From an uncultured Chloroflexia bacterium (GTDB lineage: Bacteria; Chloroflexota; Anaerolineae; Anaerolineales; Villigracilaceae), in the NCBI GenBank assembly GCA_963779935.1, contig CAWAAC010000009.1, positions 1,173,357 through 1,213,356 on the forward strand: a stretch of 40,000 nucleotides of DNA, read 5' to 3'. The position numbers and the translations under genes are program-made. This document shows, in pieces, positions 1-8,266 of this stretch (its first letter is position 1; each line of letters opens with the position of its first letter). The notes beneath the pieces are model-generated. The model was not told the DNA's origin. It did no database searches and saw only the letters and a program-made list of their open reading frames with translations.

Positions 1-296
1 CTCAGGCCACCCAGCGTCAGGATGGTTCCTGGCTGTTGGATGGGATGCTCCCGAATGACGAATTCAAGGAAATATTCAACCTTCGCCATTTGCCGGATGA
101 AGAGGAATATGAAACATTGGGCGGTTTTGTGATGATGCAGCTGGGCCGCATCCCACAACCTGCCGATACATTTGAATGGAATGGCCTGTGTTTCGAGGTG
201 ATGGAGATGGATGACAAACGGGTGGATAAAGTGCAGGTTTCAAGCATCCCCGTCCGCAAGCCGGTTGACCCGGAGAAAGAGCCCGATCAGGAGTAA
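1..296 (+). CDS. C-terminal part of a CorC_HlyC / CBS-pair (TlyC/CNNM-type) transporter-associated protein; 5' end lies outside the window
   Basis: The frame is open from base 3 (QATQRQDGSWLLDGMLPNDEF...). The sequence GGFVMMQLGRIPQPADTFEWNGLCFEVMEMDDKRVDKVQV matches the usual CorC_HlyC C-terminal domain pattern. The TTG at 36 in the ORF track is therefore internal. Confidence 0.6.
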   Translation, partial: QATQRQDGSWLLDGMLPNDEFKEIFNLRHLPDEEEYETLGGFVMMQLGRIPQPADTFEWNGLCFEVMEMDDKRVDKVQVSSIPVRKPVDPEKEPDQE

Positions 297-338
297 TTTA
301 GATCTTTGAACCAGTCCAAAAATTCAAGACGGTTCTGT

Positions 339-378
339 AAAACGAGTGGGTGCAGCAAAGCTGCACCCACTCGTTTTT
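339..378. terminator. Bidirectional intrinsic terminator between convergent genes
   Basis: Perfect 18-bp stem (aaaacgagtgggtgcagc / gctgcacccactcgtttt) with a 3-nt loop. An A-run lies on one side and a T-run on the other. Confidence 0.8.
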
Positions 379-407
379 CGGTTCTTCTATAATTTTCAGC
401 TGATATT

Positions 408-1031
408 TTATTTATTCAGACTGATGACGTAGGCAATCACATCCGCGATCTGCTGCTGGGTCAGTCCATTCAGGTCGCCCCAGCCTGGCATGGTGCGGAA
501 TGGGGAGATCCCTTCCGGAACCGACCCGTGTTGAATGAATAGATCTATATTGACGGCAAAAACCTTGGGATCCGGATCCTTCAGCAGCGGATCGATCGGG
601 TTCAGCGGCGGCACGGTTCCGTCGGATGAACCGGGGTTGGAAACTCCGCCTTTACCGTCAGTTCCATGGCAACTGGAGCAGTTAGATACGAATAACGCCT
701 TCCCTGAATTCGGATCGCCGGTCAGGTGGATGGCTGATCCAGGAAGCCCTTCGTTGGACGGCTCGGGGACTTCCTCCTGATCGGAAGGTGTGGGTGTAAC
801 CGAAGTGGAAACAGTCGGCTGAACCGTGGCAGGCATCTCCAGGGTGGGCGCAGGCAGTGTGGCGGGCAGCAGGGTCGGGATGGGCGTATGGATGACACCA
901 GCCAGGTCGCCGCGCGCGCAATTCGCATTGACTCCGCAGTTGCTGAAATAGATTGTAAGGATGAAAAGCAGGGGCACCAGTGGAATGGCAAATGCCACCA
1001 ATATCATCCAGGTCTTAAAATCGCGCTTCAT
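408..1031 (-). CDS. Membrane-anchored monoheme class I cytochrome c with a Pro/Thr-rich linker; last gene of the ACIII operon
   Basis: N-terminal TM helix, then a ~50-aa P/T-rich segment. C-terminal domain has CSSCH heme motif and a downstream MPGW methionine ligand region. RBS aaggaag lies upstream of the ATG. Confidence 0.8.
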   Translation of the reverse strand: MKRDFKTWMILVAFAIPLVPLLFILTIYFSNCGVNANCARGDLAGVIHTPIPTLLPATLPAPTLEMPATVQPTVSTSVTPTPSDQEEVPEPSNEGLPGSAIHLTGDPNSGKALFVSNCSSCHGTDGKGGVSNPGSSDGTVPPLNPIDPLLKDPDPKVFAVNIDLFIQHGSVPEGISPFRTMPGWGDLNGLTQQQIADVIAYVISLNK

Positions 1032-1041
1032 GGTTGCTTCC

Positions 1042-1548
1042 TTACTTCAACGTACGGATATAGTTCACCACATCCCAGCGTTCGCGCACGGTCAAGTTTT
1101 CGTTCAAGGCCGGCATTTTACCGGGGATCCCTTGAGAGTCGGTCAGGAAGATCCCGCCGTCGCTGAGGGCCTGCACCGGCAGGCTGGTCAGGTCGGCCGG
1201 CTTGTTTTGCAGGTAGATCGAGACCGTGCCGTCACCCTTGGCATCGAGTCCGTGGCACATGCTGCAGTTGATCCGGAAGAGCTCTGCACCGCGGGCGACC
1301 GAAGTTGCATCGGCGGGCACAGGGTTAATGGGCACGCCCTGCGATGGGACATACACCGGCCCATCGATCGGAATCGAATCGGCCGGGACGGGCAGGGGAT
1401 CGTACATGGGCTGGAAGGCTGGCTGGATCTTCATAAAGCTGACCCAATCAAACTTGATTACATCATATGTGAAAAGGCTGATGAATCCAAGCGCGAGCAC
1501 GGCCACCCCGCCCAGGATGGTGAGGCGTTTGAAAATTTCTGATTTCAC
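1042..1548 (-). CDS. actE: ACIII subunit ActE-like monoheme cytochrome c
   Basis: N-terminal TM helix and a single CSMCH motif. The GTG start overlaps the actD stop (GTGA). Position after the DUF3341 gene is typical of ACIII. Confidence 0.75.
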   Translation of the reverse strand: MKSEIFKRLTILGGVAVLALGFISLFTYDVIKFDWVSFMKIQPAFQPMYDPLPVPADSIPIDGPVYVPSQGVPINPVPADATSVARGAELFRINCSMCHGLDAKGDGTVSIYLQNKPADLTSLPVQALSDGGIFLTDSQGIPGKMPALNENLTVRERWDVVNYIRTLK

Positions 1549-2072
1549 AACTGCCTCGCTTGCGCCGGCCCTACGCTCTCGGCGCCCAGGGCTTGCATGG
1601 CCTGGACAAATTTATCCTGCTCTTCGGTTGGGCATTCGAAGAGCACCGCGATCTTACCATCGCTGACTTCGGGCACGTATTTCAGAGGGTGATAATCCGG
1701 GAAATTGCTCTCCAGGAACACTCCCAGAAAGGCCAATCCCATCAGCCCGAGCATGGACATCTCGAAAACGAGGATGATGCCGGGCGGGATCGGGTAGACA
1801 GGTTGGCCGCCGACATGCACGGTGAAGAGGTAGGGTGTTCCGTAGGCAAGAAACAGGCCCAGCAGGAAACCTGCTCCGGCGCCTCCCAGCGCCAGGCGCG
1901 GGACACTGGTATGTTTTTTTGGTCTCCCAAGGGCCGTTTCCAGCAGAGGAATGCCGGAGACAATATCCATCTGGTCGTCCCGCACACCCATTGCGCGCAG
2001 GCGTTCGATCGCCTCCGCCGCAGGATCAACATCTTTGAAAAGGGCCAGAAGAGTGCTGGTATCTGTCATCAT
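1545..2072 (-). CDS. actD: ACIII subunit ActD (DUF3341-type membrane protein)
   Basis: About 175 aa, with a soluble N-terminal part followed by hydrophobic helices. It lies between the NrfD-like and cytochrome c genes. RBS aaaggag. Confidence 0.7.
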   Translation of the reverse strand: MMTDTSTLLALFKDVDPAAEAIERLRAMGVRDDQMDIVSGIPLLETALGRPKKHTSVPRLALGGAGAGFLLGLFLAYGTPYLFTVHVGGQPVYPIPPGIILVFEMSMLGLMGLAFLGVFLESNFPDYHPLKYVPEVSDGKIAVLFECPTEEQDKFVQAMQALGAESVGPAQARQL

Positions 2073-2087
2073 CTGCTCCTTTCGATC

Positions 2088-3524
2088 CTATTCGATCTCG
2101 GCTTTGGAAGCCACCCGGGTTTTCCCGAACTTGCGCAGGGAATGGGCCAGTTGGCCTTCCTGAACTTCCCAGACCGGCACAAGCGGGATCAAGCGGGAGG
2201 CCAGCATGTAGAGCAAAATGAACAAGGCAAACGTGCCAATCGTCAGGAAAACCTCAACGCGCGGGAAATAGATCCTCCAGGTGAACGGCATGCGGTTGAT
2301 GGTGAGCGAGGCGGGGATGATGATGTAGCGTTCCAGCCACATGCCGATGTTGATGATCACCCCGATGCAAAACATCGCCCAGGGAGTTCGACGGATTTTC
2401 TTACTCCAGAGCGTCAGGATGGGAACGAGGAAGTTCAGGGCCACCATCAGGAAGAACATCCAGGCCAGCGGGCCGGATTGCAAGAATTTCTGCAGGGTGC
2501 GGGCAATGGTATCCCCGCCGTACCACTCCACGATGTAATCATTGAAGAAGAAATACCCCCAGGTCATCGTGATCATCAGCATCAGTTTACCGATCCCATC
2601 GAAGTGTTCCGGCCGGATGAAGTATTTCATGTTTTTCATTGTTCTGCTGATAATGAACAATACGATTGTCACCGCGGCCAGGCCGGAGTGCAGCGCTCCA
2701 ACCACGAAATAGGGACCGAAGATGGTGGATGACCAGCCCGGCCGGATGGCCATGGCAAAGTCCCAGGCCACGATGGTATGGACGGAGAACATGACCGGCA
2801 GGATGGCGAAGGCAAAGATATTCATGGCGGTCTTGAGATGGGCCCATTCGCTTTCGGAGCCACGGAAGCCCACAGCCAATGTGCGATAGAAGATCTTTCG
2901 CCAACCGGTGGAGCGGTCACGTGCCATCGCCAGGTCGGGAATGAGCGGCAGGAGCAGGTACATCGTGCTTGCCAGCAGGTAGGTGGAGATTGCCAGGAAA
3001 TCCCACATCAAAGGGGAGTGGAAATCCGGCCAGAGGCCGCGTTCGTTGGGATACGGCACCATCCAGTACACCAGCCAGACCCGTCCCAGGTGCATGAAGA
3101 TGCTCAAACCGGCCTGGACCAGACCAAAAGTGGTCATTAATTCCGCCGCACGCGTGAATGGGCGGCGGAATTCAACTTTTAATACGCGGAGTAAGGCTGA
3201 TACGAACGTCCCGGCATGGCTGATGCCGATCCAGAAGACGGTGTTGACCAGGAAGATGCCCCAGTATTCCGGGCGGGTGACGCCTGCCACCCCCATGCCT
3301 TCGGTGATCAAGTAACCCCAGGCGGTGACCAGGCAAACCAGCACTGTCAGGATCAGGAACATGGTCACGGTCCAGAACTTCCAACTGGTGGTGTGCATCG
3401 AATCCATCACCATGTCGTTCATTTCCCCGCGTGGAAGAGGATCCAGCAAAAGGTGTTCTGCGGGATCCTCGCGTTCTTCGGTATGAGCCGAAGGACGGAA
3501 GAGCGCCTTAACCGTTGCCAGCAT
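2088..3524 (-). CDS. actC: ACIII subunit ActC, NrfD/PsrC-like polytopic quinol-interacting membrane subunit
   Basis: 478 aa and highly hydrophobic, with about 10 predicted TM helices. Its start overlaps the end of the FeS subunit gene. Operon context supports the call. Confidence 0.8.
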   Translation of the reverse strand: MLATVKALFRPSAHTEEREDPAEHLLLDPLPRGEMNDMVMDSMHTTSWKFWTVTMFLILTVLVCLVTAWGYLITEGMGVAGVTRPEYWGIFLVNTVFWIGISHAGTFVSALLRVLKVEFRRPFTRAAELMTTFGLVQAGLSIFMHLGRVWLVYWMVPYPNERGLWPDFHSPLMWDFLAISTYLLASTMYLLLPLIPDLAMARDRSTGWRKIFYRTLAVGFRGSESEWAHLKTAMNIFAFAILPVMFSVHTIVAWDFAMAIRPGWSSTIFGPYFVVGALHSGLAAVTIVLFIISRTMKNMKYFIRPEHFDGIGKLMLMITMTWGYFFFNDYIVEWYGGDTIARTLQKFLQSGPLAWMFFLMVALNFLVPILTLWSKKIRRTPWAMFCIGVIINIGMWLERYIIIPASLTINRMPFTWRIYFPRVEVFLTIGTFALFILLYMLASRLIPLVPVWEVQEGQLAHSLRKFGKTRVASKAEIE

Positions 3525-4248
3525 GGGTAGCGCCTCCCTTCAGGTAGGTCACTCTTGGCAGGGTACCAAGATCTTCCAGCATTTTGTAATTGCGGCTGTT
3601 AAGCGCCAGCCGGCTGACCTGGCTGTTGGGATCGTCAATGTGCCCAAAGACGATGGCACTGGCCGGGCAGGCCTGTGCACAGGCTGGCTGGACTTCGCCA
3701 TCCATGACTGGGCGGTTTTCCGAGTGAGCCAGGTCTTCGACCCGGCGGATGCGCTGGATGCAGAAAGTGCATTTTTCCATCACGCCGCGCCGCCGGACGG
3801 TCACATCCGGGTTGAACTGGTTGTTTAACGGTACGGGGCGCGGCCAATCCCGCCAGTTGAACTCCCTCACCTGATAAGGGCAGTTGTTGGCGCAATAGCG
3901 CGTGCCAATGCAGCGGTTATATACCTGAACATTGGTCTGTTCGGATTCGCTGTGGACCGAGGCGTAGACCGGGCAGACCGGCTCGCAGGGTGCATGGCCG
4001 CATTGCTGGCACAACATGGGTTGGAAACCGGTATATACATCCGGGTATACACCCGTCCAGAAGCGCTCGATGCGGATCCATTGCATGCTGCGGCCGTAAC
4101 CGGCATCTGATTCTCCGACGAAGGAGAGGTTGTTTTCCATCGCACAGGCGGTCACGCAGGCCTGGCAGCCCATGCACAGATCCTGGTCGATCACCATACC
4201 CCATTTGCCTTTGATCTCTGCGGCCGTTTGATAATTGGATGATGTCAT
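3508..4248 (-). CDS. actB: ACIII subunit ActB2, 4Fe-4S dicluster ferredoxin-type (PsrB/NrfC-like) subunit
   Basis: Multiple Cys clusters: CMGCQACVTAC, CQQCGHAPCEPVCP, CIGTRYCANNCP, CTFCIQR, CAQACP. Confidence 0.85.
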   Translation of the reverse strand: MTSSNYQTAAEIKGKWGMVIDQDLCMGCQACVTACAMENNLSFVGESDAGYGRSMQWIRIERFWTGVYPDVYTGFQPMLCQQCGHAPCEPVCPVYASVHSESEQTNVQVYNRCIGTRYCANNCPYQVREFNWRDWPRPVPLNNQFNPDVTVRRRGVMEKCTFCIQRIRRVEDLAHSENRPVMDGEVQPACAQACPASAIVFGHIDDPNSQVSRLALNSRNYKMLEDLGTLPRVTYLKGGATHAGNG

Positions 4249-4260
4249 GCCTCATTCTCC

Positions 4261-6444
4261 CTAGGGGGTAAAATTCCCATAAACGCCCAGGATGCTTTCC
4301 ATCCGCGCCAGGGGCTTCTGACGGCCGGTCTTTTCAAGCTTGACTTTTAACGACAGGGTGGCCAGGCCGCCGGCGGCGTTGAGCCGGGTGCCGAGCAATC
4401 CGGCCAGATTGGCGCCGCGATCCTGGGCATAGCGCCCGTAGGCAGTGTGACCCTGCCCGAACGGAATGGCAATCGTATCGGGCCGGATGGCGGGATAGCG
4501 GTAAACGGATGCTTCCAGCTGCCCAAAGGGGGAAGTGATCCTGACGATGTCATCATTTTTGAGACCTAATTTGTCGGCAGTATCAGGATGGATTTCAACC
4601 CAGGTGTTCCACATGACTGTGGTGGTCGGGTCGGGCGTCTCCTGCAACCAGGGTTTGTTGGCTCCAGAACCATCGCTCAAGAGCGGGGATGGGAAGGACA
4701 GCAGGTAATAATCTCCATCCCCATCGAACTCCGCCGGGGTTGCTGGCAGTGCCTGTCCGAGACCTGCCGGAGCGGTGGGGGCAGCCAGACCGGCGGAAGC
4801 GTTCCACCAACCGCCATACTGCTGCCACTGCGCCCAGAAGGACCCGATCTCGGGTGCATTGAAATAACCCGGCAGCTGGATCAGACCTTGTACGGAGCTC
4901 TGCAGGAACTCAACCTCATCTTTAAAGGGAACGGTTGTGGCAAGCGCCCCGCCGATGGATTGAACTGCCGCAAGCAAGACATCGGCTGTGGCTTTGGTAC
5001 TGTAATATGGCACCACCACCGGCTGCGCCCCTGAAATGACCGGTCGGTCTCCGCCGGTGACGATCTTCTGGTAGCCCCAGGATTCGAGCCCGGTGTGGTC
5101 CGGAAAAACATAATCGGCCAGCAGGCTGGTTTCATCGAAGAAGGAAGCAAAGGAGATAACGGTTGGTACGTTTGCCAGGGCTTTGGTAAATTCCAGGCTG
5201 GCCGGCAGTTCAAAAGCCGGGTTGATGCCATGGATGAAAAGCACCTTAATGGTGCCAGCCTTCATCAAACTGACCAGTTTTCCCAAATCCTGGAAGGTAT
5301 TGGGTACGGCCGGGTTGTCAGCGTTTACGGAAAGGGTGGGCGTCAGGAATACGCCGCCGGGCTGACCCAGGTTTTTAGCCAGAACGTTCAGCGCCAGGAT
5401 GGCCTGCCCGGCTTCCAGTCCGTTGCTGGCCGCCAGGGCCGATCCGCCCGGGAATGCCAGCGGGCGGGCTGCCCTGGCAAACAGGCCGGCCAGCCTTTCG
5501 AACGTGACCTGGCTGACGCCGGATGCGCTGGCGATCTGACCTAGATCCACATTCTGGTAGGCAGCCGGCATGGCGCCGCCCTGGAGCTGGACAACCGCCC
5601 GCCCGATCCCCAGGGCCACCAGGCCCTCGCTGCCCGGGATGATCGGGATCCATTCGTCGGCAGCCGCCGCGGTTTGTGAAAGACGCGGCTCGAACTGCAC
5701 CAGGTAGCCGCGTTTTCCATCCTTACCCCCCCGGCGCATCATCGAATAGCCGCGCCCATATGCCACCGGGGAAAGGTAAGTCTCGAGGAAATTTGCGCCG
5801 AATGAAAAGGTCAGGTCGGCATTCCCCATGTCAAAGAAGGGGATAGAAGCCTTACCGAAGACATGGTTGGCTGCCTGGACCATGGTGCTGCGCCCATCGA
5901 ACATTTCCAGCGCCCCATAGCGCCAGGGTGCCGGAGCGCCCAGGCCGGTTGTAATCTCGCTCACCAGGTCTGCCAGGTGGTCGGAGGTCATCCCGAGCAG
6001 GAAGGCGATCCCGGTCGGGGGAGTACTGCTGATGGCCTGCTTAACCTCAGCAACCGCCTGGTCCCAGGTCAACTGGACCGGCGCACTTTTACCACGGGAC
6101 TGTTTAAAGGGGTGCTGGACCCGGTCGGGGTTGTACAACCCCTGCAGGGAGGCCTGGCCGCGGGAACAGGTTTTACCAAGATTGACGGGATTGTTGGGGT
6201 TCCCTTCCACCTTCAGGGCGCGTCCCTGCATGGTCCGAACCACCAGCCCACAACCGGCCGGGCATTCACGGCAGGTGGTAGCGTAATAAGTGCTCAGACC
6301 GTTGTAGGTGTATTCGGGCATTTTGGTGTAAGGTTCGCGCACCACATACCGCGAAGACGGGCCACAGCCGGTCAGGACTGCCACGGAGGCCGCACCGATG
6401 CCCACCATCTTGATGAAGTCACGCCGGGAGATATTTTTGCTCAT
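4261..6444 (-). CDS. actB: ACIII subunit ActB1, molybdopterin-oxidoreductase-like subunit with Tat signal
   Basis: Twin-arginine motif SRRDFIKMVGIGAASVAV at the N-terminus. N-terminal Cys group (CRECPAGCG). 727 aa, consistent with a complex iron-sulfur molybdoenzyme-like fold. RBS gaggaa. Confidence 0.8.
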   Translation of the reverse strand: MSKNISRRDFIKMVGIGAASVAVLTGCGPSSRYVVREPYTKMPEYTYNGLSTYYATTCRECPAGCGLVVRTMQGRALKVEGNPNNPVNLGKTCSRGQASLQGLYNPDRVQHPFKQSRGKSAPVQLTWDQAVAEVKQAISSTPPTGIAFLLGMTSDHLADLVSEITTGLGAPAPWRYGALEMFDGRSTMVQAANHVFGKASIPFFDMGNADLTFSFGANFLETYLSPVAYGRGYSMMRRGGKDGKRGYLVQFEPRLSQTAAAADEWIPIIPGSEGLVALGIGRAVVQLQGGAMPAAYQNVDLGQIASASGVSQVTFERLAGLFARAARPLAFPGGSALAASNGLEAGQAILALNVLAKNLGQPGGVFLTPTLSVNADNPAVPNTFQDLGKLVSLMKAGTIKVLFIHGINPAFELPASLEFTKALANVPTVISFASFFDETSLLADYVFPDHTGLESWGYQKIVTGGDRPVISGAQPVVVPYYSTKATADVLLAAVQSIGGALATTVPFKDEVEFLQSSVQGLIQLPGYFNAPEIGSFWAQWQQYGGWWNASAGLAAPTAPAGLGQALPATPAEFDGDGDYYLLSFPSPLLSDGSGANKPWLQETPDPTTTVMWNTWVEIHPDTADKLGLKNDDIVRITSPFGQLEASVYRYPAIRPDTIAIPFGQGHTAYGRYAQDRGANLAGLLGTRLNAAGGLATLSLKVKLEKTGRQKPLARMESILGVYGNFTP

Positions 6445-6466
6445 CTTGGGTTCCTCGCTTGCCCGG

Positions 6467-7012
6467 TTATTTATGGCAGGTAACGCAATCGGTCAGTTTG
6501 GTCAGCATGACCGGATCGTTTGCAAAGCGGGACTTGTGACAGTTGAGACACCAACCCATGTTCATCTTCTGTGGGACGGCCGTTGTCATCTGGCTGATTT
6601 CTCCATGGCAATCTTCACAGTTCAGCCCGGCCGCGATGTGTGGGCGATGGCTAAAGTAAACGAAGTCCGGCAGGATCGCAACCGGAACCCAGGGGATGGG
6701 CTGGTTGGCCTTAACGTAACTGACCAGCTTGTCGATTTCGGAATTACGTACGGTGATTTGCTGGTGGCAGCCCCAGCATTTGCTCTCGGTCGGCAGGCCG
6801 GGAGATGGGCCGCGCAGCGCTCCCGGATGGCAGTACAGGCATGGAATGCCCAGGTTGACATGTGTATTATGAGGAAATTGGATCGGTTGGGCGGGAGGTA
6901 TCTGGGTCAGATAAATCCCCCAAATCATCCCTGCAACAAGCAGCGCGCCCACAATTACCAGCCCTAGCTGTACCAGAGGCTTTTTCAATAGTTGGATGAT
7001 AAATTTGCCCAT
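6467..7012 (-). CDS. actA: ACIII subunit ActA, pentaheme cytochrome c
   Basis: Five CxxCH motifs (CLYCH, CWGCH, CEDCH, CLNCH, CVTCH) after an N-terminal TM helix. The start is moved to the ATG at 7012 (MGKFII...), which has gaggaa upstream, rather than the ORF-track start at 7054. Confidence 0.85.
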   Translation of the reverse strand: MGKFIIQLLKKPLVQLGLVIVGALLVAGMIWGIYLTQIPPAQPIQFPHNTHVNLGIPCLYCHPGALRGPSPGLPTESKCWGCHQQITVRNSEIDKLVSYVKANQPIPWVPVAILPDFVYFSHRPHIAAGLNCEDCHGEISQMTTAVPQKMNMGWCLNCHKSRFANDPVMLTKLTDCVTCHK

Positions 7013-7251
7013 GCAAATTCCTCGTAATCCTCTGCTAGCGAATATTTCCAGCATTCCCCGGAGTGAGAGCCACCGGATCGAACCTGGATTTGGTCTGGTC
7101 AGGATTACACCAACTCTGTACCAATAAAATACCAGTAAAATCCAATTATTGGAGCTCTTGTATTATAATATCAAAAGCGATTGTGAAAAATAATATTTGA
7201 AAAATTGCTTTGGATTTTTTCTGTTCGCTAATTTCTCGACAGGAAATAACC
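7013..7251. promoter_or_regulatory. AT-rich divergent control region between actA and coxB
   Basis: A 239-bp non-coding gap between head-to-head operons, much more AT-rich than its flanks. It contains a tataat hexamer near 7165. I could not place exact promoters. Confidence 0.45.
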
Positions 7252-8256
7252 ATGAAACATTTCATTATTATTGCGGTATTGGTTATTGCAAGCACATTTG
7301 GCATCCATGCGGGGTTAAATTCCATCGGGCTTCTTCCGGTACTTGCCAGTGCTCAAGGGGTATCAATTGACCAGCTTTTCGGAATCTATACCTGGGCAAT
7401 CGCATTTGTTTTTTCCTTGATCATGGTCACCATGTTGTACGGCCTGATTGTTTTTCGCCGAAAAAAAGGGGAAACCGGTGAAGGCACTCATTTTGAGGGG
7501 AATAACAACCTCGAGGTTGCCTGGACGGTCATTCCGTTGATCGCCGTTTTATACCTGGCCTTCCTCGGCGCTCGCTCTCTTAGCGAGACCCGCCGGATCG
7601 ATCCGTCTGCCATGGTGGTCAAAGTGGTCGCCGAACAATGGAGCTGGCAGTTCCAGTATCCCGATTATTTATTCAGCTCGAAAGATCTTTACCTGCCGGT
7701 GGGAAAGCAGATCGACCTGCAGATGACCAGCCTGGATGTCATCCACTCGTTTTACGTTCCCGAATTCCGTCTTAAACAGGATATCCTGCCCGGCCGGAGC
7801 GTTGATCTGCGGATCACTCCCACCAGGCTCGGCCATTACACCCTGACCTGTGCCCAGCTTTGTGGAGCACATCATGCCGATATGGTCGCGAATGTGGTGG
7901 TTGTTTCACAGGCTGATTTTCTCGCCTGGACTCAAAAAGAGATCGCCTCGGCACCCAAAGACCCGGTCTTGATCGGCCAGCAGCTTGCCTCGCTGTATGG
8001 CTGCGCGGTCTGCCATTCGGTGGATGGGTCGAAAAAAGTTGGTCCCACCTGGCTGCATTTATATAATTCCAGCGTGCCTTTGTCGGATGGCACAAAAGTG
8101 ACTGCGGACGTAACCTATCTGACCAATTCCATTACAAATCCCAATTTGCAGATCGTGGCGGGCTTTTCGCCGAACGTAATGCCCGATACATTTGCGCAGG
8201 CTCTGACCGATACCCAAATCCAGAATCTTATTGCATACATCGAGAGTTTAAAATAA
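7252..8256 (+). CDS. coxB: Cytochrome c oxidase subunit II with C-terminal cytochrome c domain (caa3-type)
   Basis: CuA site HSFYVPEF ... CAQLCGAHHADM. C-terminal CAVCHS heme c motif. Two N-terminal TM helices. ATG at 7252 chosen over the TTG at 7210. Confidence 0.9.
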   Translation: MKHFIIIAVLVIASTFGIHAGLNSIGLLPVLASAQGVSIDQLFGIYTWAIAFVFSLIMVTMLYGLIVFRRKKGETGEGTHFEGNNNLEVAWTVIPLIAVLYLAFLGARSLSETRRIDPSAMVVKVVAEQWSWQFQYPDYLFSSKDLYLPVGKQIDLQMTSLDVIHSFYVPEFRLKQDILPGRSVDLRITPTRLGHYTLTCAQLCGAHHADMVANVVVVSQADFLAWTQKEIASAPKDPVLIGQQLASLYGCAVCHSVDGSKKVGPTWLHLYNSSVPLSDGTKVTADVTYLTNSITNPNLQIVAGFSPNVMPDTFAQALTDTQIQNLIAYIESLK

Positions 8257-8266
8257 CCGAGGCAGT

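Noticed and set aside
1560-2732. 390-aa forward ORF opposite actD/actC, plus similar forward ORFs at 961-1542 and 5863-6483
   Set aside because: All are antisense to the motif-supported ACIII genes, with no motifs of their own. They are typical GC-rich shadow frames.
7054-7210. Longer ORF-track starts for actA (7054), coxB (7210), the prenyltransferase (18395), cydA-2 (20200) and gyrA (38676)
   Set aside because: In every case an internal ATG sits 5-9 nt behind a purine-rich RBS and coincides with where homologs begin (signal/TM helix or conserved N-terminus). The upstream extensions add non-conserved residues from intergenic sequence.
7100-7251. FNR/CRP-type oxygen-responsive box in the act/cox divergent region
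   Set aside because: I found only short AT-rich palindromes (ccaat-t-attgg, aatatt, a tgtga half-site). No TTGAT-N4-ATCAA or TGTGA-N6-TCACA arrangement is present, which is not enough to call a site.
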